Positions 16,138 to 23,088 of a stretch of DNA of 62,061 bases are shown piece by piece. Under the pieces are notes generated by a model. It did not search any database and was not told the origin of the DNA. It saw only the letters and a list, made by a program, of their open reading frames with translations. This DNA is from a virus. Within the stretch, counting starts at the first letter, position 1, and each line of letters starts with the position of its first letter. The DNA lies in IMG/VR virus record IMGVR_UViG_3300021285_000001; one strand, written 5' to 3'. A program made the position numbers and the translations under genes.

Positions 16138-16359
16138 TCAGTTCTCGTTTTCCGAGAGTTGTTCGTCAAAAAAAATTTGCGGGGTTACTCCGAAGCCGTC
16201 CATGATGATCTTCAGAAATTCGTCGGCGGTCATTCTGACCAGTCCTGTTTCGAGCTGGCTCATTCTCTTTGGGCTGATGCCTGCTCTCTTTCCGACGTGC
16301 GTCTGGGTGATTCCTCTGGCTTCGCGGTAATCTCGCACCATTTGGGCTGCTGTCTTCAT
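16138..16359 (-). CDS. Cro-like XRE-family repressor
   Basis: YREARGITQTHVGKRAGISPKRMSQLETG; 73 aa; divergent from the cI-like gene. Confidence 0.8.
   Translation of the reverse strand: MKTAAQMVRDYREARGITQTHVGKRAGISPKRMSQLETGLVRMTADEFLKIIMDGFGVTPQIFFDEQLSENEN
16144..16156. promoter_or_regulatory. Operator-type palindrome CTCGTTTTCCGAG (copy inside the 3' end of the cro-like gene)
   Basis: Identical 13-mer to 16414-16426. It has a CTCG-N5-CGAG dyad. Confidence 0.5.
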
Positions 16360-16375
16360 GGTCTACCTCCTTTCG

Positions 16376-16426
16376 CTCGTTTTTCGAGAATTCATTGTAC
16401 GCTCATTATAACACTCGTTTTCCGAG
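16376..16426. promoter_or_regulatory. Two operator palindromes CTCG-N5-CGAG (16376-16388 and 16414-16426)
   Basis: CTCGTTTTTCGAG lies in the cro leader and CTCGTTTTCCGAG fills the -35/-10 spacer of the leftward promoter. Confidence 0.6.
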
Positions 16427-16433
16427 AAGTCAA
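16405..16433 (-). promoter_or_regulatory. Leftward early promoter (cro side): TTGACT-17-TGtTATAAT
   Basis: Read on the minus strand: -35 at 16433-16428, 17-nt spacer, extended -10 at 16410-16405, about 45 nt upstream of the cro-like ATG. Confidence 0.7.
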
Positions 16434-16439
16434 TACTTT

Positions 16440-16490
16440 TCTCTAAAATTTCGAGAAAAATATTTCATTTTCCGAGAATTGTGTTATAAT
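16440..16490 (+). promoter_or_regulatory. Rightward repressor promoter with extended -10 (TGTTATAAT at 16482-16490) and degenerate operator copies
   Basis: TTTTCCGAGAA (16468-16478) sits in the spacer and TCTCTAAAATTTCGAGA lies at 16440-16456. The -35 is weak (ATTTCA). Confidence 0.5.
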
Positions 16491-16534
16491 CACTCTTGTA
16501 AATTGAGTTTTTTTGCTTTTTTGGAGGTGTTCCT

Positions 16535-16936
16535 ATGCTCTCGTTTGGCGAGCGTCTGAAAAGGGCGCGTGAAAGAAAAGGGATGACGCAGGCGCAGGTG
16601 GCGAAAGCGACCAGCATCAGCGACAAGTCTTTGTCCCGTTATGAAAACGGCGCATCTGCGCCCGATCCTGATACCATTCTCGAATTGATCAAGCTCTACG
16701 ATGTCTCTGCTGATTATATTATGGGGCTGTCTCCTGAAATGGGTCATGCTACTGATCCGGCTTCCGGCACCTCTCTTGCTGCTCCTCGTTTGGCTTCGGC
16801 TCCCGACGCTCACGAAATGCTGGAGGGGCTTTCTGGCGATGCCCGCAAAAAAGCGGAGGAGTACATCGAAATGTTGAAAACGCTCGATGAGGTAAAATCC
16901 GGCGAGAATTTCCTCGACGTTAAAAAGAAAGCCTGA
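16535..16936 (+). CDS. CI-like XRE-family repressor
   Basis: FGERLKRARERKGMTQAQVAKATSISDKSLSRYENG...YDVSADYIMG. Divergent from the cro-like gene; GGAGG RBS. Confidence 0.8.
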   Translation: MLSFGERLKRARERKGMTQAQVAKATSISDKSLSRYENGASAPDPDTILELIKLYDVSADYIMGLSPEMGHATDPASGTSLAAPRLASAPDAHEMLEGLSGDARKKAEEYIEMLKTLDEVKSGENFLDVKKKA

Positions 16937-16986
16937 AGCGCGAGCTTCGGCGGTATTTCGTGTTTTGGGATTGAGGTGGTTTTTGG

Positions 16987-17460
16987 TTGCGTCTGAATAT
17001 TGTATGTTCTGGTTGTCACCGTCGCTTTTCTATTGATGCTCCGAACGGGCAGGGCGAGCAGACGGTGCGCTGTCCTTATTGCTCTGCTCCTTGTATTCTG
17101 AATGTCCAGCGGACGGCTCCGGTCTCCGGTCCCGCTGCTGTGGCCGCAAAGGTCAGGCGCGGGGAGGTTGTTTCAAATGTTATCTGGATCGTCCTCGGTG
17201 TTCTTCAATGCGTCACGCTTTACGCCGCCGCTGCCGGTGTCTGGAATGTTATCAATGCGATTTTGGCTCTACGAAACGTGAAGCATATCCAGCCGGGGAA
17301 TGCTGGGGTTGTTCCTTATTTCGACCAGCGCAGGACGTGGCTCATCGTTCTGGCGGTCGTGAATATCGTCCTCGGTGGCGTTGTTGGTATTGTTCTTGTT
17401 CTGTGGGAGTGGCATCTCCGCGACTTCGTGCTGCGTAACCGTAGCGCGTTTGAGGGATGA
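16987..17460 (+). CDS. Zinc-ribbon membrane protein (prophage-expressed; possible exclusion/immunity function)
   Basis: CSGCHRRF...CPYCSAPC is followed by three hydrophobic helices. TTG start; lies between the repressor and the integrase. Confidence 0.5.
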   Translation: MRLNIVCSGCHRRFSIDAPNGQGEQTVRCPYCSAPCILNVQRTAPVSGPAAVAAKVRRGEVVSNVIWIVLGVLQCVTLYAAAAGVWNVINAILALRNVKHIQPGNAGVVPYFDQRRTWLIVLAVVNIVLGGVVGIVLVLWEWHLRDFVLRNRSAFEG

Positions 17461-17514
17461 GGTATTCGGTTTAAGGTTTAGGGTATAAGGTATGAGGTAT
17501 AAGGCAGTTTTTGT
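17454..17514 (+). repeat. Heptamer tandem array GGTWTRR x about 7, then GGCAGTTTTTGT (locus A)
   Basis: gggatga ggtattc ggtttaa ggtttag ggtataa ggtatga ggtataa ggcagtt, read directly. A related array lies at 57084-57145. Confidence 0.8.
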
Positions 17515-17562
17515 TTCGTGAAAACACGGTGCTTGCACCGTACTTGAAAGGGGGCGGGTCTG

Positions 17563-18675
17563 TTGGCTGCTTATAAAAACGAAAAACGCGGCACCTGGTA
17601 TGTGTCGTTCCGATATAAGGATTGGGATGGTACCCGCCGCCAGAAAAAGAAGGAAGGCTTCAAAACGCGGCGGGAGGCTCTGGACTGGGAGCGCGATTTT
17701 CTCGCGTCGAAGTCTGGCACTACCGCCATGTCCTTCGGTGCGCTCTGCGAGATTTATATGGCTGACTGCGCCACGCGCCTCCGTGCCACGACGGTCGAGA
17801 ATAAGCAATGGCTTTTTGATTCTAAAATCCTACCGGCGTTCCGTTCGGTTGCCGTCCGCGATATTACGCCCACGATGATTCGGCGCTGGCAGAACGATCT
17901 GCTCTCCGATCCGTTTGGCTATTCTCCGACCTACCTCAAAACGATAAATAATCAAATGTCGGCGGTGATGAATTATGCCGTCCGCTTCTATGGTCTTCCT
18001 CAAAATCCGGTACCGCTGTGCGGTCCCTTCGGAAAGAAAAAGGCGGAGGAGATGCAGTTCTGGACGCGGGACGAGTTCCGGCGCTTCATCGCCTGTGTAA
18101 AAAAACCAGCCGCACGGCTGGCTTTCGAGTTGCTATTCTGGACGGGTATGCGCTCTGGTGAGTTGATGGCGCTCACTCTGGCTGACGTCGATTTCGGGTC
18201 GTCCCATATCTCTATCACGAAAACGGCGGCGCAGGTGAACGGGGAGACGGTTATCAATCCTCCGAAAACGCCACGATCAAACCGGACGGTCGCGGTGCCT
18301 CGCTTCCTGCTGGCGCTGATCAGCGACTACGCCGACCGGCTTGTTGATTATGAGCCGCAGGATCGGCTGTTCTATTTTACAAAGCATTATCTGAAGTATG
18401 AGCTGGATGCGGCTGCTGCCGCTGCCGGTGTGAAACGTATCCGTGTTCACGACCTCCGGCACTCCCACGCTTCGCTCTTGATTGAGATGGGCTATTCGCC
18501 GCTGCTGGTGTCCGAGCGTCTGGGTCATGAAAATATCCAGACGACCCTGCAGACTTATTCCCATTTGTACCCCGACAAACAGGGCGAGGTGGTCTCTCGT
18601 TTGGAAAACGACGAAAGCGAGAATTACTCCGCCGTTCTCTCGGACTTCGAGAGGAAAATTGAAAATTTGCAGTAA
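17563..18675 (+). CDS. int: Tyrosine site-specific integrase
   Basis: N-terminal SAM-like domain (GTWYVSFRYKDWDG) and catalytic region RVHDLRHSHASLLIEMG...LGHENIQTTLQTYSHLY. TTG start after GAAAGGGGG. Confidence 0.92.
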   Translation: MAAYKNEKRGTWYVSFRYKDWDGTRRQKKKEGFKTRREALDWERDFLASKSGTTAMSFGALCEIYMADCATRLRATTVENKQWLFDSKILPAFRSVAVRDITPTMIRRWQNDLLSDPFGYSPTYLKTINNQMSAVMNYAVRFYGLPQNPVPLCGPFGKKKAEEMQFWTRDEFRRFIACVKKPAARLAFELLFWTGMRSGELMALTLADVDFGSSHISITKTAAQVNGETVINPPKTPRSNRTVAVPRFLLALISDYADRLVDYEPQDRLFYFTKHYLKYELDAAAAAAGVKRIRVHDLRHSHASLLIEMGYSPLLVSERLGHENIQTTLQTYSHLYPDKQGEVVSRLENDESENYSAVLSDFERKIENLQ

Positions 18676-18677
18676 AA

Positions 18678-18697
18678 TGTTACGCTTTTGGTACGCT
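18678..18697 (+). repeat. 20-nt direct repeat TGTTACGCTTTTGGTACGCT, copy 1 (candidate integrase arm site)
   Basis: Exact second copy at 18871-18890. Contains an internal TACGCT-N5-TACGCT. Confidence 0.6.
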
Positions 18698-18700
18698 GGA

Positions 18701-18755
18701 AATAAAAAAACACCCCGCAAGTCCTTATTTTATCGGGCTTACGGGGTTTCTTGTT
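18701..18755. terminator. Bidirectional stem-loop between int (+) and the RHH gene (-)
   Basis: A-run, then CCCCGCAAG (18713-18721) pairing with CTTACGGGG (18738-18746) with one mismatch and a 16-nt loop, then a T-rich run. Confidence 0.45.
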
Positions 18756-18780
18756 CTTATTCCCACTCTTTCGTAGTGGG

Positions 18781-19095
18781 TTATCTCTGGGTGTTCGGGG
18801 GCGTTTTTTCGCCCTCGATTTTATCTGTATTATCTGTATTTTCTCCGCTGGTTTCGTCTGCGGATTTTCTTGTTACGCTTTTGGTACGCTTCGGGGTGTC
18901 CTCGACTTCGATTCCTCGGCTCCGAAGGAGCGCGATGGCGGCTTCGTTGTAAAAGTCCGACCGGCTGTAGGCGGTCTCGGTTTCCGCTGCGTATTCTTCG
19001 ACGTGGGCGTCGATCAGGTCGATGATGTTGTTCGGCGCGTGAACGGTGATAGGCGTTCTCCGGCTGCCGCCCTTCATGGGTCTTCCGTATGCCAT
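18781..19095 (-). CDS. Ribbon-helix-helix (CopG/Arc-like) protein, candidate recombination directionality factor
   Basis: RRTPITVHAPNNIIDLIDAHVEE...SRSDFYNEAAIALL fits the RHH pattern. It is the last gene before attP/int. Confidence 0.5.
   Translation of the reverse strand: MAYGRPMKGGSRRTPITVHAPNNIIDLIDAHVEEYAAETETAYSRSDFYNEAAIALLRSRGIEVEDTPKRTKSVTRKSADETSGENTDNTDKIEGEKTPPNTQR
18871..18890 (+). repeat. 20-nt direct repeat TGTTACGCTTTTGGTACGCT, copy 2
   Basis: Exact copy of 18678-18697. Lies inside the 3' end of the RHH ORF. Confidence 0.6.
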
Positions 19096-19221
19096 TCGGT
19101 GTTCCTCCTTTCCGCCTGCGGTTTATTATATCATGAGGCAGGCTCTTTTTCAATGGGTTTCTCGGCTTTCGAGTTTCACGTGAAACAGGTCTTGAAAACC
19201 GAGAACGGGTTTGTAAAAAAA

Positions 19222-19371
19222 TTATTGCTTCCGGTTTTGTCTCCGCTTCTGGATCCATGCTCTGATGATTCCCTGCGGGTAGTGTGTCCACGCTATGGAA
19301 ACGATCAGGAAGGCGAAAAGCAGGGCGACGCCTCCGATGATGCCTCCGGCGATTATCAGAACGACTGTCAT
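19222..19371 (-). CDS. Small membrane protein (49 aa, below the ORF-track cutoff)
   Basis: Hand translation MTVVLIIAGGIIGGVALLFAFLIVSIAWTHYPQGIIRAWIQKRRQNRKQ. ATGA overlap with the upstream stop. Confidence 0.4.
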   Translation of the reverse strand: MTVVLIIAGGIIGGVALLFAFLIVSIAWTHYPQGIIRAWIQKRRQNRKQ

Positions 19372-19679
19372 GCGTCGTCCTTCTGCGCTGGGCTGTCTTC
19401 ATATTCAGCCAGCGTCTTGCACACCTCCGTGAAGAAGTCGCAGTCTTCCTTTTGGCATCCTGTTCCTTCGCACGGCTTTTTGAAGCATTCGGGGAAGTAT
19501 GGAAGCCCCAGCTCGTTTCGTGCTGTCAGCCTTCCGGTTGTTTCTCTCCTCTGAAGGTGTAGCGCCTCTTTTACCGTTTGCCACGCCTGCGCGATCTGCA
19601 GGTGGGCGAGGTCTACGGTGCTGTGGTCTGGCGGCGGTATGACCGCGTCCAGCGTTTCGATTGCTTCGTTGAGTTTCAT
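19368..19679 (-). CDS. Hypothetical Cys-rich protein
   Basis: Start at MKLNEAIETL with an AAGGAG RBS. Confidence 0.5.
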   Translation of the reverse strand: MKLNEAIETLDAVIPPPDHSTVDLAHLQIAQAWQTVKEALHLQRRETTGRLTARNELGLPYFPECFKKPCEGTGCQKEDCDFFTEVCKTLAEYEDSPAQKDDA

Positions 19680-19692
19680 GTCTTTGTCTCCT

Positions 19693-19914
19693 TTACCATT
19701 TTTGGTGGCGAAGCTCGCGCAAAAGCACCAGCGTCTCGCCGTCCACTCGGCATTCAAAGTATGCCTTGTCTCGGTCTCCGATTGCGGTGTTCAGGGCGCC
19801 TTCGTTCGGCAGTTCTGTCGGCTGGATCGTCCCGCATTTGCTGTAAATGAGGATTTTGTCGCCGGTGGGGAACAGGGAACGCTGCGCCTTCACCTTGTAG
19901 GTTTTCTGTCTCAT
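19693..19914 (-). CDS. Hypothetical protein
   Basis: 73-aa C-terminal part of the tracked ORF, starting at MRQKTYKVKAQ with a purine-rich RBS. Confidence 0.5.
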   Translation of the reverse strand: MRQKTYKVKAQRSLFPTGDKILIYSKCGTIQPTELPNEGALNTAIGDRDKAYFECRVDGETLVLLRELRHQKW

Positions 19915-20876
19915 TGTGCTTCCTTCCTTTCGTTTAAGAGTTCGCTGGGCGTTTTGTCTCGTATGGATACCCAGCCGGTGTTTTTCTCTTGGTCTGGCTT
20001 CCTCCGTATAAAGTGGGTGCAGGTGTCGCAGCTCTCTTTGTGCAGTTCGCACCCCACCGTCTTTATGTAGTGGAGGCAGAGGTCTTTTTGAAAATAATCC
20101 CGCAGGGCTTCTCGTTGCCTCCGGTAGTATCGTTTGCAATATTCGGGGTTTTGCAGTCTTTCGTATTTGCCCCTTACTGCGCTGCCGGATCGGTTGAGCT
20201 TTCGCCCGATTTCCTCCCAGCAATGTCCCGCCTCTCTCATCTGGAGGAGTGTTTCGACCTCGCTGTCCTGCCATTGCCGGTCGTAGTTCCGAATGGGGCG
20301 GTAAACCAGACCGAGCGTCATGATCCGCCTCTTGATTGCTCCTTCGGTGCGATTCATCAGGCAGCATAGGTCGTTGTAGGTGTACTTATATTGCTTGAGA
20401 TAAAATTCGAGGGCTTGGTCTTCGGCTTTCGTCCACGGTGTTTTCTTCATCTTGGCAAGATATGAGGCGCGTCTGGCTTCCTGCACCCATTCCGGCTCGA
20501 CGCCGAACGTTCCCTCGCTGAAGGCGTCAAAGTCGATCAGGTCTTTGTGCTGCTCCGCCCATTCCCAGAATTCGTCGATGTCTATCATGGCGTAGCGCTT
20601 ATCAATGCTTTTCTGGTAGTGGATCGGAAGTCCGAGGCGCACCCAGCGGTCTTTTATCCATCCGTAGCTGTTTCGCTTGCCGATGGCGTCGCAAAACTGC
20701 AGGAGGGTGATTCGCGTTCCGCTGTGAATGTGCCGTCCCAGCCCTCGGCGTCCCGCTTTGAGTTTGACGGCGTTCACGCTTCTGTTCAGGTGCTTTGCTA
20801 TTGCCGGTATCGAAACCTCGCCCCATCTGTTGTCGAGGTAGTCCAGTTCCTCCTTTGTCCAGTTTTTCGGTCCCAT
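19911..20876 (-). CDS. Myb/SANT-like HTH repeat protein (putative regulator)
   Basis: Repeated W-x-E-E-(L/D)...L..G.S...IA..L.RS..AV modules: WTKEELDYL...IAKHLNRSVNAVKLK, WTKAEDQAL and WQDSEVETLL...IGRKLNRSGSAVRGK. Confidence 0.5.
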   Translation of the reverse strand: MGPKNWTKEELDYLDNRWGEVSIPAIAKHLNRSVNAVKLKAGRRGLGRHIHSGTRITLLQFCDAIGKRNSYGWIKDRWVRLGLPIHYQKSIDKRYAMIDIDEFWEWAEQHKDLIDFDAFSEGTFGVEPEWVQEARRASYLAKMKKTPWTKAEDQALEFYLKQYKYTYNDLCCLMNRTEGAIKRRIMTLGLVYRPIRNYDRQWQDSEVETLLQMREAGHCWEEIGRKLNRSGSAVRGKYERLQNPEYCKRYYRRQREALRDYFQKDLCLHYIKTVGCELHKESCDTCTHFIRRKPDQEKNTGWVSIRDKTPSELLNERKEAQ

Positions 20877-20877
20877 T

Positions 20878-21615
20878 TCATCCCTCCGTTTCCTTGAATA
20901 CTCTCTCCATGTCGAGAACGTTCCCGTATGCTCCGTATTTTCGGTTTTTCCATTTTTTCATCGGGCGGTCGATCTGGCTTTGAATTTCTTTGAGTTGTTC
21001 CCAGTATTGCGGAAGGTAGCGGTAAATGTTCCGCAGTTCGCGCTGGTTTTTGTTGGCGCAGCACCAGCAGGAGACGCGGTCGAGGATGTCGTATAGGTCT
21101 ATGTATCCGCTCTCGGTCGCTTGCGTTTCCTCGTTCCAATCCCAGCCACGCTGTCGGCAGTATGCGAGGGCATCTGCTTCGGTCATGTCGTTTTCGATAA
21201 GGAGCGACCTCTTGTTTCCAGTGAGTTCTCGGCGGCGGTGCTGTTCATCAGAGGCTATCCCTATGTATTGGATTGCGCCTTCAGCGTATCGGTCGAGTGC
21301 CTGCGTCTTCCATGTCGTTCCCCATCGGCAAACGCCGCCGCACCAGCCGTAGCCGTTATGCTTGCCCTTTTGCTTGCTCTCTACCGGTCGTTCCAGCATA
21401 TCGTAAAGGAACGGGTTTGCTGGTTGCAGTTTGGTGAAGCCTATCCCGCGCTCCTGCAGGATCGGCTTCAGCTTCTCGAAAATGTTATAAATCGCCTTGA
21501 ATTCCATCCCCGTGTCGTAAAAGACCACCTCGTCGCAGGTGACGTCGTTCTCCAATATAAAAAGGATTTGCGCGAGGCTGTCCTTTCCGCCTGATACGTT
21601 GGCTATGTGTCTCAT
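20878..21615 (-). CDS. PAPS-reductase-family (PP-loop ATP pyrophosphatase) protein
   Basis: N-terminal NVSGGKDS PP-loop and a C-terminal Cys cluster (CWCCANK). Confidence 0.85.
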   Translation of the reverse strand: MRHIANVSGGKDSLAQILFILENDVTCDEVVFYDTGMEFKAIYNIFEKLKPILQERGIGFTKLQPANPFLYDMLERPVESKQKGKHNGYGWCGGVCRWGTTWKTQALDRYAEGAIQYIGIASDEQHRRRELTGNKRSLLIENDMTEADALAYCRQRGWDWNEETQATESGYIDLYDILDRVSCWCCANKNQRELRNIYRYLPQYWEQLKEIQSQIDRPMKKWKNRKYGAYGNVLDMERVFKETEG

Positions 21616-21908
21616 GCGTTTTCCTCCTTATTTTCTTCTTTGTGGACGAAGGCTATAAAAATACCGTATTCATCTGCCACGTGAATGACTTCGCCGTTCT
21701 TTAAGCGCTCTATGTCGCTGTCTGTGATTCCGATGTGGTAATTCCCGAAGATACTACCTTCGCAGCATACTCGGTTAATTTCCACAAAGTCGAACGGCTC
21801 GCGAAACCACTCTAATGAGGAAATGTCGCATTTCCCTTCTTTTTCCCACTTTTTGCAGTGTGGGTAGTCAAAAAATCTACATCCGTTGCATCCTTCTGGG
21901 ACTCTCAT
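21612..21908 (-). CDS. Hypothetical Cys-rich protein
   Basis: Start MRVPEGCNGC with an AAAGGAGG RBS. Confidence 0.45.
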   Translation of the reverse strand: MRVPEGCNGCRFFDYPHCKKWEKEGKCDISSLEWFREPFDFVEINRVCCEGSIFGNYHIGITDSDIERLKNGEVIHVADEYGIFIAFVHKEENKEENA

Positions 21909-21985
21909 TTTGTTTCCTCCTTTCGCCCTGCCATCTTCAGGCTGGGTAGGGCAGTTCCAAGCGACCGGCTCGCGCCGGTTTCGGC

Positions 21986-22150
21986 TCATTGGACTACGAT
22001 TATAACCTCCTCGTGGTCTGCATCCTTCCAGATGTCGTATTTTTCGTTGTGGTGGCAGTTTTCCTTTACCCACTTTTCGCAGTATTCTTTGGATCCTTCG
22101 ACGAGGATCACCCCGGTCTTCCGTTCCATTACTCCGTAGGTTGTTTTCAT
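21986..22150 (-). CDS. Hypothetical small protein
   Basis: Start MKTTYGVMERK with an AAAGGAGG RBS; 54 aa. Confidence 0.4.
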   Translation of the reverse strand: MKTTYGVMERKTGVILVEGSKEYCEKWVKENCHHNEKYDIWKDADHEEVIIVVQ

Positions 22151-22164
22151 CTCTGTATCCTCCT

Positions 22165-22329
22165 TTAGCATTCTTCGTCTGCTCTGTCGATCAGGCGGAC
22201 TATCTGTTTTACCGATAACCATTCCGGCTCTCCGAATTCGTTCCTGGCGTAGCAGCCAGTGTCGTCTTCGAGGTCGCCGTATTTTCTTTCCAGCAGTTCC
22301 TTCAGGTATTCGAGTGCTTCGTGTTTCAT
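22165..22329 (-). CDS. Hypothetical small protein (54 aa, below the track cutoff)
   Basis: Hand translation MKHEALEYLKELLERKYGDLEDDTGCYARNEFGEPEWLSVKQIVRLIDRADEEC. GAGGAGG RBS. Confidence 0.4.
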   Translation of the reverse strand: MKHEALEYLKELLERKYGDLEDDTGCYARNEFGEPEWLSVKQIVRLIDRADEEC

Positions 22330-22332
22330 TAT

Positions 22333-22509
22333 TCATTCCTCCTCTATGCGGAGCAGGGTCATTCCGCCGTATTTGCATTCGTCCGCGATTACCTGCGCCT
22401 TCTTCTCGGCGGAGGCTTTTGTCTTTGCCTCGACCGTTCTGGTGGTCTCATAGCCTCCGTTGGCGAGTTGCGGGTTGCTTCTCCAAAATGTAGCCGTGTA
22501 CTTTTTCAT
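22333..22509 (-). CDS. Hypothetical small protein (58 aa, below the track cutoff)
   Basis: Hand translation MKKYTATFWRSNPQLANGGYETTRTVEAKTKASAEKKAQVIADECKYGGMTLLRIEEE. AAGGAGG RBS. Confidence 0.4.
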   Translation of the reverse strand: MKKYTATFWRSNPQLANGGYETTRTVEAKTKASAEKKAQVIADECKYGGMTLLRIEEE

Positions 22510-22522
22510 GGTTTCTTCCTCC

Positions 22523-22720
22523 TTATGCTTTCAGAAGGTCGCGGAGCGTCTTCTGTGCGTTTTTGTTTCCTTTGGCGATTTCCTCGGTGTATCCTTTGCA
22601 AAGGATAACCTCATTCAGTCCGTTGACCGCGAGGGTGTAGGTGTGGTCGCCGTATTTTTTGTTTACTGCGTTCCAGAGGTCTGTTGTCTTTTGGCTGATC
22701 GCCGAAAGCCCTTTTTTCAT
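22523..22720 (-). CDS. Hypothetical small protein, first gene of the P2 operon
   Basis: Start MKKGLSAISQK with a CAGGAGG RBS. Confidence 0.45.
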   Translation of the reverse strand: MKKGLSAISQKTTDLWNAVNKKYGDHTYTLAVNGLNEVILCKGYTEEIAKGNKNAQKTLRDLLKA

Positions 22721-22871
22721 TCTTTTGTCCTCCTGTTTCGTTTTTCCGAGGGAAGTCTGCCGAGGTTGCCGTTCGTTCTCGCCGTCCGTGCCTCGCCGCA
22801 ATCCCCAGCCTGTTGGCTGCTTCCTGCCGGTCTCTGCTGCCGCTTTCCTGTTTTATCCTCGGCTTTCCTCT

Positions 22872-22916
22872 CTCGGTTTACGAGAACATTATAAACCGCC
22901 GTCGGTTTATTGTCAA
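22872..22916 (-). promoter_or_regulatory. Consensus promoter P2 (TTGACA-17-TATAAT) with a CTCG-N5-CGAG operator over the start site
   Basis: Minus strand: TTGACA at 22916-22911, 17-nt spacer, TATAAT at 22893-22888, then GTTCTCGTAAACCGAGAG (dyad 22872-22884). Confidence 0.7.
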
Positions 22917-23027
22917 TAGAAAATCGCCAGAAATACCACACAAAGATTTGTGCGTAAATCTGGCGATAGTACACTATTTTGCTGGCGGAAAGGAGCAGGG
23001 CGTTACTCCCCCTTAGACCCCCTCCCC
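22915..23027 (-). ncRNA. Candidate ~110-nt small RNA, running from promoter P1 to an intrinsic terminator
   Basis: Predicted start about 7 nt after the P1 -10. G-rich 5' hairpin (GGCGGAGGGGAG pairing with CUCCUUUCCGCC). A 43-nt imperfect hairpin at 22924-22966 (8-bp GC base UCGCCAGA/UCUGGCGA) is followed by UUUUCUAUU. No ORF or RBS. Confidence 0.4.
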
Positions 23028-23033
23028 TCCGCC

Positions 23034-23085
23034 ATCATACCACGGGGTTAAAAATCTGTCAAGACTTTTTTCTCATTTTTCGAGA
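23034..23085 (-). promoter_or_regulatory. Near-consensus promoter P1 (TTGACA-17-TGgTATGAT) with an operator-like TCTCATTTTTCGAGA just upstream
   Basis: Minus strand: -35 at 23062-23057 and -10 at 23039-23034. The operator-like dyad is at 23071-23085, 4 nt after the holin stop. Confidence 0.65.
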
Positions 23086-23088
23086 GTT

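Noticed and set aside
17454-17514. The heptamer arrays as a CRISPR array or telomere-like repeat (GGTTTAG resembles the TTTAGGG unit).
   Set aside because: The units are 7 nt with no spacers, there are only about 7 copies, and no cas genes or terminal location are present. The resemblance to telomere repeats is coincidental.
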